Source: Alphaproteobacteria bacterium
GTDB taxonomy: Bacteria > Pseudomonadota > Alphaproteobacteria > SP197
DNA: 64,000 bases
Direction: 5' to 3'
Assembly: GCA_965242595.1 (NCBI GenBank)
Contig: OZ251464.1
Location: forward strand, 1,278,235-1,342,234
Shown piece by piece: positions 37,255 through 46,134 of the stretch (position 1 is its first letter; each line of letters starts with the position of its first letter). The notes under the pieces are model-generated. The model was not told the origin of the DNA. It saw nothing but the letters and a program-made list of their open reading frames with translations, and did no database searches. A program made the translations under genes and the position numbers.

Positions 37255-38661
37255 TTAGGCCTGGGTTCCGGTTCCCTTGGTCGAGTTGCAGGCCTGGCAG
37301 AGCAGTTGCAGATTGTCGCTGTGGTCGCTGCCGCCCTTGATCTTCGGCGTGATGTGATCGACGGTCAGGTTGCGGAAGGGAAAATGGGTCATGCAGCCGT
37401 TGCAGCGGCCTTCCTGCTGGCCATAAAGGGTGTGCTTGTGGGTGCGATAATCCGGCAGCTTGCCCAGATCGGTGCGCGCCGGAATATCGCTTCTGTGATC
37501 GACGTCATAGAAGATGCCCATCTCCTGCTGCAGGCGGGAGACCACCAGCTTCGCGGCCAGGGGCGAGAGGTCGATCCCTATCCAGTGGCGCTGCAACTGT
37601 TCGGCGGCGACGAGAGCCGTCGCGCAGCCGCAGAAGGGGTCGAGCACGATGTCGCCCGGCCTGGACGACGCGCGGATCACACGTTCGAGCAAGGCGAGCG
37701 GCTTCTGTGTGGGATAGCCTGTGCGTTCCTTGCTGTGCGCGGAAACAGGGTTGATATCCAGCCATATTGCGGTCGGAATCTGGCTCTTCTCCCGATTTAA
37801 ATAACGCTTCAATGCGGGAGTTTTCCCTTGCAGCGGCCATGCAATGAGCCCGGTTTTGTCCAGCATGTCGAGGCGCGCATGAATGCCCTTTATCGAACGA
37901 TAACCGGGGATAAAATTATCTTCCACCCATCTGGCATATTCGCCGGTCAGCGGCACCGCCCAGTGTCTGCCGACCTTTCCTGGGTCGATGCCGCGCCAGG
38001 GCTGGCCGCTTTCGCCCGTTCTCACCTCGGAGGCGGTCAGATCGCCCAGTCTGTAGATGCCATGCTTGTCCTCGTGGCGATAGAATTTGCGCACGTAATC
38101 TGGATCCAAAGGCACCCGCACCGCATCTTTGTCGATAGGCGCGCCATAGAAAAGAAGATTGTCCACCACCTTGCCAAAGCCCTTGCTGTCGCTATGCGCC
38201 GATTGCCGCTTCCAGACGATCTCGTTGCGAAACATGGAGGCACCGAACAAGCCGTCCATAAGCGCCTTGAGATAATGGCCCGCCGTCGGATCGCAATGCA
38301 GATAGATCGAACCCGTCGGCTTCAACACGCGGCGCAACTCCAGCAGCCTGACCGCCATCATGCACAGATAGGCCTTCATGCCCCTGGAGTGGGTCAGGGC
38401 CGCCGCCTCGATGGCGGCATATACGGCGGGTTCCCGGTCGGCGATCTCGCCATGCCAGGCCAGATCCACGTCGTCGAGGGTCCAGGCGTCCTTGAAGGCG
38501 GCCCCGGCGGCCTCGCTCCCTATCGGCGCCGAATAGGTCTTGTTGCTGTTGAAGGGCGGATCCAGATAGATCAGATCCACGCTTTCGCTGTTCAGGCCGC
38601 GCAGGATGTCGAGATTGTCGCCGGTCCACAGGGTGCGGTTGTTCCAGTTGGGCGCTGCCAT
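37255..38661 (-). CDS. DNA methyltransferase (N6-adenine/N4-cytosine, Pfam N6_N4_Mtase, beta class) fused to a C-terminal HNH endonuclease domain
   Basis: DPPF catalytic motif (IYLDPPFNS) near the N-terminus and the SAM motif LDPFCGCATALVAAEQL later give beta-class order. C-terminal CNGCMTHFPFRNLTVDHITPKIKGGSDHSDNLQLLCQACNSTK is a canonical HNH. Confidence 0.75.
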   Translation of the reverse strand: MAAPNWNNRTLWTGDNLDILRGLNSESVDLIYLDPPFNSNKTYSAPIGSEAAGAAFKDAWTLDDVDLAWHGEIADREPAVYAAIEAAALTHSRGMKAYLCMMAVRLLELRRVLKPTGSIYLHCDPTAGHYLKALMDGLFGASMFRNEIVWKRQSAHSDSKGFGKVVDNLLFYGAPIDKDAVRVPLDPDYVRKFYRHEDKHGIYRLGDLTASEVRTGESGQPWRGIDPGKVGRHWAVPLTGEYARWVEDNFIPGYRSIKGIHARLDMLDKTGLIAWPLQGKTPALKRYLNREKSQIPTAIWLDINPVSAHSKERTGYPTQKPLALLERVIRASSRPGDIVLDPFCGCATALVAAEQLQRHWIGIDLSPLAAKLVVSRLQQEMGIFYDVDHRSDIPARTDLGKLPDYRTHKHTLYGQQEGRCNGCMTHFPFRNLTVDHITPKIKGGSDHSDNLQLLCQACNSTKGTGTQA

Positions 38662-38675
38662 CGCTGTCTCTCGCC

Positions 38676-40841
38676 TTATGCGCGCATATCGCCATCGCCC
38701 GAAGCCAGATCGAAAACCACGCCGCCGGAGACGGGGTTGGCTTCGGTCAGCACCACCGTGATGGCGTCGCCCAGGCGCCAGATGCCGTCCCGGCCGCGCA
38801 GGGTGCGGCGGCGCTCGTCGAAACGGAAGGGGCCGCCCGGCAGGCGCCGGGCCGGCAGCAGGCCGTCGGCCTCGATGCCGTCGATGCGCACGATCAGGCC
38901 GAAACGCCCCAGCCCGGCGACGCGCCCGGCCATGGTGGCGCCGGTTCGCTCGGCCATGTAGCTGGCCAGATAGCGGTCCATGGCCTCGCGCTCGGCCCAG
39001 ACGGCGCGCCGTTCGGTGGCGCTCAGATGGGCGCCCAGTTGGGCGAAATCGGCGCCGTCCGCCTGGCCGCCCGCGCCCAGCCCCAGGGCGGCGATCAGCG
39101 CCCGGTGCACCGCCAGATCGGCATAGCGGCGGATGGGCGAGGTAAAATGGCTGTAGGCGGCCAGGGCCAGGCCGAAATGGCCGCGCCGTTCCGGCCCGTA
39201 TTCGGCCTGCGCCTGGCTGCGCAGCACCGCCTCGTGGATGGCGTGGCGGTGGCGGCTGGCGGCGGCCTGTTTCAGCACCTGCGCGAAGTCGCGCGGACGC
39301 AGGGCCTGGCTGCGGCGCAGGCGCAGGCCCAGGCTTTCCAGAAAATCGCGCAGCTCGTCGGCCTTTTCCGGCGCCGGGCGGTCGTGCAGGCGATAGATCG
39401 CCTGCGCCCGCCTGGCCTCCAGCGCGGCGGCGGCGGCGATGTTGGCGGCGATCATCAGCTCCTCGATCAGCCGGTGGCTGGCCAGGCGGCGCCGGGGCGC
39501 GACCTCCACGCCGCCCGCCGGCAACAGCGTCACGCGCCGTTCCGCCCGCTCGATGTCCAGCGCGCCGCGCCGCTCCCGCGCCTGGGCCAGCGCGCCATAG
39601 GCGCCATAGAGCGAATCGAAAAGCGAAGCGAAGAGCGAATCGGGCAGGGCGGGCGCCGCCCCGGCGCTGGCCGCGCCATCGCGCCGGGCCTGGACCTGGT
39701 CATAGGTCAGCCTGGCGGCGGAACGCATCACGGCGCGGGCAAAGCGCCAGCGCAACAGCTCGCCATCGCCGGCGATCCAGAGGTGGACGGCCAGGCAGGG
39801 GCGGTCGTGCCCGGGCAGCAACGAGCACAGCCGGTTGGACAGGCGCTCCGGCAGCATCGCCACCACGCGGTCGGGGAAATACACCGAATTGCCGCGCTGG
39901 CGGGCGGCGCGGTCCAGCGCGCTGCCGGGGCGCACATAATGGGCGACATCGGCGATGGCGACCACGGCGTGCCAGGCGGCGCCATCTTCGCCAGCGGTGG
40001 CAGGCTCGGCGAACACGGCATCGTCGTGGTCGCGGGCGTCGGCGTCGTCGATGGTCACCAGCGGCAGGGGGCGCAGATCCTCGCGCCCGTCCTCACGCCT
40101 GGCCAGCGGCTGCGCCGCCTCGGCTTCGGCCAGGGCGTCGGCGGCGAAGTCGGTGGGGATGCCGTGGGCGGCGATGGCCAGAAGGCTGGCCGCCCCCGCG
40201 TCCTGCCAGCGGCCCAGGCGGCGCAGGATGCGGGCCGGCACCGGCCCGAAACGGCGGCGCGAAAGCGGCTGGACCAGCACCAGGTCGCCATCGGCCAGCG
40301 CCAGGCCGGGCGGCACCACGGCGCGCCAGTCATGGGCCTGGCGGCGGTCGGCGGGCTGGATGCGATCGCCCCTGGCGGTCGTGCGGAACACGCCCACCGC
40401 CTGGCGCTCCTCCGCCTCCAGCACCCGGCGCACCCGGCCCTTCCAGCCGCCGCCGGGCAGGGGATCGATGCTGGCGACGGCGCGCTGGCCGATGCCGGGG
40501 GCGGGGCGGGCGCCAGAGGTCAGGGCGATGCGTGGCGGTGGGCCTTCGCCCTGCCAGGAGGCGGGTTCGGCCACGGCGTTGCCTTCGTCGTCCAGGGCCA
40601 CCACCTCCACCACGGTTTCTGAAGGCAGGGCGCCTTGCGGTTGCAGTCGGCGGCGGCCGCCGGCAAGCGCCCCTTCGCGCTTCAACTCGCCCAGCAGGCG
40701 GCCCAGCGCCGCGCGCCGTTCGCTGCCGGCGATGGCGAAGGCGCGGGCGATCTCGCGCTTGCCGGCGCGCCCGCGATGACGGGCCACGAAGGCCAGCAAT
40801 TGCTCGCGCGAAGGCAGCCCCTCGTCGTCGCCCGCCGCCAT
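38676..40841 (-). CDS. rnr: Ribonuclease R
   Basis: 721 aa. RNB catalytic motif PLPLVTIDDADARDHDDAVFAE. N-terminal HTH/cold-shock region and C-terminal S1-like region. Confidence 0.85.
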   Translation of the reverse strand: MAAGDDEGLPSREQLLAFVARHRGRAGKREIARAFAIAGSERRAALGRLLGELKREGALAGGRRRLQPQGALPSETVVEVVALDDEGNAVAEPASWQGEGPPPRIALTSGARPAPGIGQRAVASIDPLPGGGWKGRVRRVLEAEERQAVGVFRTTARGDRIQPADRRQAHDWRAVVPPGLALADGDLVLVQPLSRRRFGPVPARILRRLGRWQDAGAASLLAIAAHGIPTDFAADALAEAEAAQPLARREDGREDLRPLPLVTIDDADARDHDDAVFAEPATAGEDGAAWHAVVAIADVAHYVRPGSALDRAARQRGNSVYFPDRVVAMLPERLSNRLCSLLPGHDRPCLAVHLWIAGDGELLRWRFARAVMRSAARLTYDQVQARRDGAASAGAAPALPDSLFASLFDSLYGAYGALAQARERRGALDIERAERRVTLLPAGGVEVAPRRRLASHRLIEELMIAANIAAAAALEARRAQAIYRLHDRPAPEKADELRDFLESLGLRLRRSQALRPRDFAQVLKQAAASRHRHAIHEAVLRSQAQAEYGPERRGHFGLALAAYSHFTSPIRRYADLAVHRALIAALGLGAGGQADGADFAQLGAHLSATERRAVWAEREAMDRYLASYMAERTGATMAGRVAGLGRFGLIVRIDGIEADGLLPARRLPGGPFRFDERRRTLRGRDGIWRLGDAITVVLTEANPVSGGVVFDLASGDGDMRA

Positions 40842-40850
40842 GGGGGCCGT

Positions 40851-43421
40851 TCAGCCCCCGGCCCGGCGCGGCGTCTTCGCGCCCTTCCTTCCCCTGGCGG
40901 CGCCCCGCCCGGCCGCCTTTTTTCTGGCCAGCAGGTCCAGCGCCATGGCCAGGGTCGCTTCCTCCGGCTCCACCCCCTTGGGCAGGGAGGCGAAGACGCG
41001 GCCATGGGCGGCATAGGGACCGTAGCGGCCCTTTCTGATCTCCACCGGCGCGCCGTCGTCGGGATGGGCGCCCAGGGCCTTCACCACCGCCTGGCGCGGC
41101 GCGCGCTTGCCCTTCTCGGCGATCAGCGTCACGGCGCGGTTGAGGCCGACGGTGAGCACATCGTCGCCCGCGGGAAGGGCGGTATAGGCCCTGCCATGCT
41201 TCAGATAGGGGCCATAGCGCCCGATCCCGGCCTGGATCGGCGCGCCGTCGTCCGGGTGGGCGCCCAGCTCGCGCGGCAGGGCCAGCAGGGCCAGCGCCGC
41301 GGCCAGGTCGATCTCGCCGGGCGCCTTGTCCTTCGGCAGCGACACCCGCTGCGGCTTGCCCGCGCCCTTCGCCTCGCCTTCGCCCTTCTGGACATAGGGG
41401 CCATAGGGGCCGCGCCGCAGGGTGATGGCGAGGCCGCTTTCCGGGTCGGCGCCCAGCTGGCGGGGGCCGTCCTCGCCGTCGCCGCTCTCGCCCAGGCGGC
41501 GGCGATGGCGGCATTCGGGATAGCCGGAACAGCCCAGAAAGGCGCCATAGCGGCCCAGCTTCAGCTCCAGCCGGCCCTGCTTGCAGGCGGGGCACAGGCG
41601 CCTGTCATCGCCGTCGCCGTCGTCATCGCCGGCGCCAGCGCGGGGGAACAGGCGCTCGGCCAGGGCCTGTTCCAGGGCCGCGGTCACGCGCTCGCGCTCC
41701 AGACCGTCGGCCGCCTGCACCGCCATGTGGAACGCCTCCCAGAAATCGCGCAGCACCTGTTTCCAGTCGATGGCGCCTTTGGCGATGCGGTCGAGCTCGT
41801 TCTCCAGGCCGGCGGTGAAGCCGTATTCGACATAGGCGGGAAAGAAGGCTTCCAGAAAGGCGGTCACCAGCCGCCCGCGCTCGCTGGGGTGAAAGCGCTT
41901 TTTCTCCAGCAGGACATATTCGCGCTCCTGCAGCACGGCCAGGATGCTGGCATAGGTGGAAGGGCGGCCGATGCCCAGCTCCTCCAGCCGCTTCACCAGG
42001 CTGGCCTCGCTGTAGCGCGGCGCCGGTTCGGTGACATGGCGTTGCGGCCGCACCTCGCCCAGGTCCAGCGCCTCGCCTGCGCGCAAGGGTGGCAGGCGCC
42101 GTTCCCTGTCGTCGTCGCGGCTGGCGTCGTCGCGGCCCTCGAGATAGAGGCGCATGAAGCCGTCGAAGGCGAGCGTCGATCCGGTGGCCCGCAGCGCCAC
42201 ATCGCCGGCGGGTGTGGCGATGTCCACCGCCACCTTGTCCAGGGCGGCCGGGGCCATCTGGCTCGCCAGCGCCCGTTTCCAGATCAGCTCGTAGAGCGCC
42301 GCCTCGTCACGCCCCAGCCTGGCGGCGACGCTGGCGGGCGCCCGTTCGAAGGCGGTGGGGCGGATGGCCTCATGGGCTTCCTGGGCGTTGCGGGTCGAGG
42401 AACGGAACACCCGCGCCCTGGCGGGCAGATAGGGTTGCCCGTAGCGCTCCGCGATCAGGCGCCTGGCGCTTTCCAGCGCGGCGCGCGACAGCGCCACGCT
42501 GTCGGTCCGCATATAGGTGATCAGCCCCACCGTCTCGCCGCCCAGATCGACGCCCTCGTAGAGGCGCTGCGCCACCTGCATGGTGCGGGCGGCGGCAAAG
42601 CCCAGCTTGCGCGAGGCCTCCTGTTGCAGGGTGGAGGTGATGAAGGGCGGGGCCGGGTTGCGCTTGACCTGCTTGCGCTCCACCGCCGTCACCGCAAAGC
42701 TGCCCGCCCGCACCCGCTGCGCCGCCGCCTGGGCGCTGTCGCTGTCGGCGAGCGCGAATTTGTCCAGCTTGACGCCGTCCAGCGCTACCAGGCGGGCGCT
42801 GAAGCCGGCGCCGCCGGGGCGGGCCAGGTCGGCCTCCACGCTCCAGTATTCGCGCGGGACGAAGGCCTCGATCTCGGCCTCGCGGGCGCACACCAGGCGC
42901 AGGGCCACGGATTGCACGCGCCCGGCCGAACGGCTGCCGGGCAGCTTGCGCCACAGCACCGGCGAGAGGTTGAAGCCCACCAGGTAATCCAGCGCCCGGC
43001 GCGCCTGCTGCGCGTTCACCAGCGCCATGTCGATATCGCGGGGGTGGGCCATGGCGTGGCGGACCGCATCGCGGGTGATCTCGTGGAAGATCACCCGCCG
43101 CGCCTTGCGCCGCCCCAGCGCGCCCTTGTCCCGCAGCCAGTTGCGCACATGCCAGGAAATGGCCTCGCCTTCCCGGTCCGGATCGGTGGCCAGCAGCAGG
43201 TCGTCGGCCCCGCGCAGGGCGGCGGCGATGGCGGAAAGCGGCTTCCTGGCCCGCTCGCCGACCGCATAGACCATCTCGAAGTCCTTGTCCGGCAGCACCG
43301 AGCCGTCGCGCGGCGCCAGGTCGCTGACATGGCCGTAGCTGGCGACCACCGTGAAGTCGCTGCCCAGATATTTCTCGATCGTCCTGGCCTTGGCGGGCGA
43401 TTCGACGACGACGACGTGCAT
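40851..43421 (-). CDS. topA: DNA topoisomerase I
   Basis: MHVVVVESPAKARTIEKYLGSDFTVVASYGHVSDL Toprim. Active-site region ...LITYMRTDSVALS.... C-terminal zinc-ribbon/basic repeats. Confidence 0.9.
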   Translation of the reverse strand: MHVVVVESPAKARTIEKYLGSDFTVVASYGHVSDLAPRDGSVLPDKDFEMVYAVGERARKPLSAIAAALRGADDLLLATDPDREGEAISWHVRNWLRDKGALGRRKARRVIFHEITRDAVRHAMAHPRDIDMALVNAQQARRALDYLVGFNLSPVLWRKLPGSRSAGRVQSVALRLVCAREAEIEAFVPREYWSVEADLARPGGAGFSARLVALDGVKLDKFALADSDSAQAAAQRVRAGSFAVTAVERKQVKRNPAPPFITSTLQQEASRKLGFAAARTMQVAQRLYEGVDLGGETVGLITYMRTDSVALSRAALESARRLIAERYGQPYLPARARVFRSSTRNAQEAHEAIRPTAFERAPASVAARLGRDEAALYELIWKRALASQMAPAALDKVAVDIATPAGDVALRATGSTLAFDGFMRLYLEGRDDASRDDDRERRLPPLRAGEALDLGEVRPQRHVTEPAPRYSEASLVKRLEELGIGRPSTYASILAVLQEREYVLLEKKRFHPSERGRLVTAFLEAFFPAYVEYGFTAGLENELDRIAKGAIDWKQVLRDFWEAFHMAVQAADGLERERVTAALEQALAERLFPRAGAGDDDGDGDDRRLCPACKQGRLELKLGRYGAFLGCSGYPECRHRRRLGESGDGEDGPRQLGADPESGLAITLRRGPYGPYVQKGEGEAKGAGKPQRVSLPKDKAPGEIDLAAALALLALPRELGAHPDDGAPIQAGIGRYGPYLKHGRAYTALPAGDDVLTVGLNRAVTLIAEKGKRAPRQAVVKALGAHPDDGAPVEIRKGRYGPYAAHGRVFASLPKGVEPEEATLAMALDLLARKKAAGRGAARGRKGAKTPRRAGG

Positions 43422-43554
43422 GTCAACTCTCCGGGGCGCCCTTGGCGCTGCGGCGGCGGCAGGTTTGGGCGGGCGCTATCTGGCACCGCCGCCGCGGCGC
43501 GTCAACCTCGCGCCCTGGCAGCCCCCGCCGGTGGCGCAGCGCCATCCCTGCAAG

Positions 43555-43640
43555 CCCCGACACCCCCCCGACACCCCTGCGACACCCTGTCGGCAGCCTG
43601 TCCACACCCTGTCGGGCGCCTGTCGGCAGCCTGTTGCGCC
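43555..43640. promoter_or_regulatory. Helically phased short repeats (CGACACCC x3, then CCTGTC(G/C) x5 at 11-12 bp spacing) in the topA / enolase-superfamily divergent intergenic region
   Basis: Seen directly: ccccgacacccccccgacacccctgcgacaccctgtcggcagcctgtccacaccctgtcgggcgcctgtcggcagcctgttgcgcc. Confidence 0.4.
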
Positions 43641-43748
43641 CCCTCCATCCAGCCCTTCGCGCGCTCGCCCGCCGCGGCCGAGGCGCTTTCCCCTGCCGGT
43701 TGCGGCCGTCATAGTCGCCGCCGCGGGCTGGAGTGGGGGAGGGAGGCC

Positions 43749-44855
43749 ATGAAGATCGTCAGGCTGGAGACGTTCGCCGATCCCTGGCTGTGTTTCGTGC
43801 GCGTCACCGGCGACAGCGGCGCCCAGGGCTGGGGCCAGACCGCGCCCTATCATGCCGACATCGCGGCCGAGATCCTGCATCGCCAGGTCGCCCCCCATGC
43901 CCTGGGCGGCGATGCGCTGGAGTTCGCCGGTCTGACGGATCTGATCGGCGAGCGCGAGCACAAATTTCCGGGCTCCTATCTCTGCCGCGCTCTGGCCGGC
44001 CTCGATACCGCCCTGTGGGATCTGCGCGGCAAGCTGGAAGACAAGCCGGTGGCGCGGCTGCTGGGCAGCGAGGGCGGGACGCTGCGGGCCTATGCCAGCT
44101 CCATGAAGCGCGACATCGCGCCCGCCGACGAGGCCCGGCGGCTGGCGCGGCTGGGCGACGAACAGGGCTTCGATGCCTTCAAGTTCCGCATCGGCGCCGA
44201 ATGCGGGCGCGACCGGGACCACTGGCCGGGGCGCACCGAGGAGATCGTGCCTGCCGTCTGCCGGGCGCTGGACAGCGGGGCCGCCCGGCTGGTGGACGCC
44301 AATTCCGGCTTTTCCCCGGGGCGGGCCATCGAGGTGGGGCGCATGCTGGAAGACGAGGGCGTGAGCCATTTCGAGGAACCCTGCCCCTATTGGGAGCTGG
44401 AACAGACCAGGGAGGTGACCGAGGCGCTCGCCATCGACGTCACCGGCGGCGAGCAGGACTGTTCGCTTGCCACCTGGCGGCGCATGCTCGCCATGGGCGC
44501 GGTGAACATCGTCCAGCCCGACATCATGTATGTGGGCGGGCTGACCCGCGCCTTGCGGGTGGCGGAGATGGCGGCGGCGGCCGGGCTGCCCGTCACCCCC
44601 CATTGCGCCAATCTGTCGCTGGTGACGGTCTGCACCATGCATCTGCTGGCGGCGCTGCCCAATGCCGGCAAATATCTGGAGCTCTCCATCGAGGGCGGCG
44701 ATTACTACCCCTGGCAGCAGGGCCTGTTCCTGGGCGATCCGTTCGCCGTGGAGGCGGGGCGGGTGCGGGTGCCGGACGGCCCCGGCTGGGGGGTGGAGAT
44801 CGCGCCCGCCTGGCTGGAACGGGCGCGCTATCGGGTCAGCGCCCTGGAGCCGTGA
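43749..44855 (+). CDS. Mandelate racemase/muconate lactonizing enzyme family (enolase superfamily) protein
   Basis: 368 aa. KxK catalytic pair region (FKFRIG), metal ligands (D...E...D: LVDANSGF...FEEP...QPDIMY). SD GGAGGGAGG. Confidence 0.75.
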   Translation: MKIVRLETFADPWLCFVRVTGDSGAQGWGQTAPYHADIAAEILHRQVAPHALGGDALEFAGLTDLIGEREHKFPGSYLCRALAGLDTALWDLRGKLEDKPVARLLGSEGGTLRAYASSMKRDIAPADEARRLARLGDEQGFDAFKFRIGAECGRDRDHWPGRTEEIVPAVCRALDSGAARLVDANSGFSPGRAIEVGRMLEDEGVSHFEEPCPYWELEQTREVTEALAIDVTGGEQDCSLATWRRMLAMGAVNIVQPDIMYVGGLTRALRVAEMAAAAGLPVTPHCANLSLVTVCTMHLLAALPNAGKYLELSIEGGDYYPWQQGLFLGDPFAVEAGRVRVPDGPGWGVEIAPAWLERARYRVSALEP

Positions 44856-45885
44856 CTGCGGCCTGCCCCTGCTCCGGCATGTCCGGCGGGGCGCGGGGCC
44901 GAGTGGGAACCTGGGCGTCGAAATTGGCCACGAAGGCGGCCAGATCGCGCCCGGCATGGCGCGGGGCCATGTCGTCCGGCGCGCCGGTGACCGGCAGGCC
45001 GGGCAGGGGGGCGACCACGGTGGCGTAAGACGGCACGGCGAAGAAGGCGATGGAGAAGCGTTCCCGCCGCCGGGGCGGGTGGACCCGGTGCATGGTGGAG
45101 CGGAAGCGCCCGCCCGACCAGGATTCCATCATGTTGCCGATATTGACGATCAGCGTGCCCGGGCGGTGGTCCACCTCGCTCCAGCCGCCCTGCGGGTTCT
45201 GGACCTGAAGGCCGCCGACCTCGCCCGGCAGCAGCACGGTGACGGCGTTGGTGTCGCGATGGGGAAAGACGTCGTCGCCGGGCGCGCCTTCCGCCTGCGG
45301 GCGGGCGGGGTAGTGGAGCAGGGAAAGATTGCTGAGCGGGCGGACGAACAGCCGGGTGAGCGCATCCTCCTCCCGTTCCATGGCGAGGGCGAAGGCCCGC
45401 AGCAGGGCCGTCGCCAGCGTCGAGAAGGCGCCATAGCAGGCGCCGATGGCGGCGCGGAAGCCCGGCGGCGCCGGCGGCCAGCGATTGGGCGCCGCCAGCC
45501 CCCGGTCGGCCTGGGGGATGGCCCGGGAAATGGCGGGTTCCGTCATGTCGGCCTCTTCGCCCACCAGGAAGGCTTCGTAGATCGTGCGCGGCGCGCCCCG
45601 ATGGCGCTGACGGGCGAAGGGCATGATGGGCACATAGCCGCGCAGGGTGCCGGGCGGGCGTGTCAGGCGGCGCTTGGCGGCCTCGTCCTGGGCGAAGAAG
45701 GCCCGCGCCTGTGCCAGTGCGTCCTGCGGCACGGCGGGCGGGACGCCGTGGCCGGTGACGCGGACGAAGCCGGAGCGCTCGCAAGCGGCGGCGATGCGCC
45801 GGGCGCAGGCCAGCCGACGGTCGCGGTCGGCGGCGAACAGCGGCGCGATGTCGATATCGGCGATCGTGGCAGTCGTGACGATCAT
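44836..45885 (-). CDS. 2OG-Fe(II) oxygenase (isopenicillin N synthase-like family)
   Basis: HRDTNAVTVLL (HxD) ... MHRVHPP (distal His), N-terminal DIDIAPLF...VRVTGHGV. Confidence 0.7.
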   Translation of the reverse strand: MIVTTATIADIDIAPLFAADRDRRLACARRIAAACERSGFVRVTGHGVPPAVPQDALAQARAFFAQDEAAKRRLTRPPGTLRGYVPIMPFARQRHRGAPRTIYEAFLVGEEADMTEPAISRAIPQADRGLAAPNRWPPAPPGFRAAIGACYGAFSTLATALLRAFALAMEREEDALTRLFVRPLSNLSLLHYPARPQAEGAPGDDVFPHRDTNAVTVLLPGEVGGLQVQNPQGGWSEVDHRPGTLIVNIGNMMESWSGGRFRSTMHRVHPPRRRERFSIAFFAVPSYATVVAPLPGLPVTGAPDDMAPRHAGRDLAAFVANFDAQVPTRPRAPPDMPEQGQAAVTAPGR

Positions 45886-46134
45886 GGGGGGGCCTCACCG
45901 GTCGGGGGCGCCTTGCGGGCAAGGCGGACGCTGTAGCCCCGATGGAAGGTCAGGCCAGGTGCCAGTCGGCCGGGGGCGATGCTGGGTCCGCCCGGCCGCC
46001 GGTGTCAAGCGGCCGTTCCGGGTTGTCGACCGCTTGTGGACAAATCGGCGCCGGCGGCGGCCCGGACGTGGCAAGCTATCGCTGTCCTGGCGCCGCCCTG
46101 GCGGCATCGGGGCGGCAAGGGGGAGGAGACTGCC

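Noticed and set aside
31246-38661. PD-(D/E)xK nuclease gene and MTase-HNH gene as one restriction-modification system
   Set aside because: They are 5 kb apart and separated by the conserved yajC-secD-secF operon and other core genes. They have different GC signatures and independent insertion contexts.
40635-44855. 1406-aa plus ORF
   Set aside because: High-GC open-frame artefact. Only its last 368 codons (from ATG 43749 with a strong SD) form the real enolase-superfamily gene.
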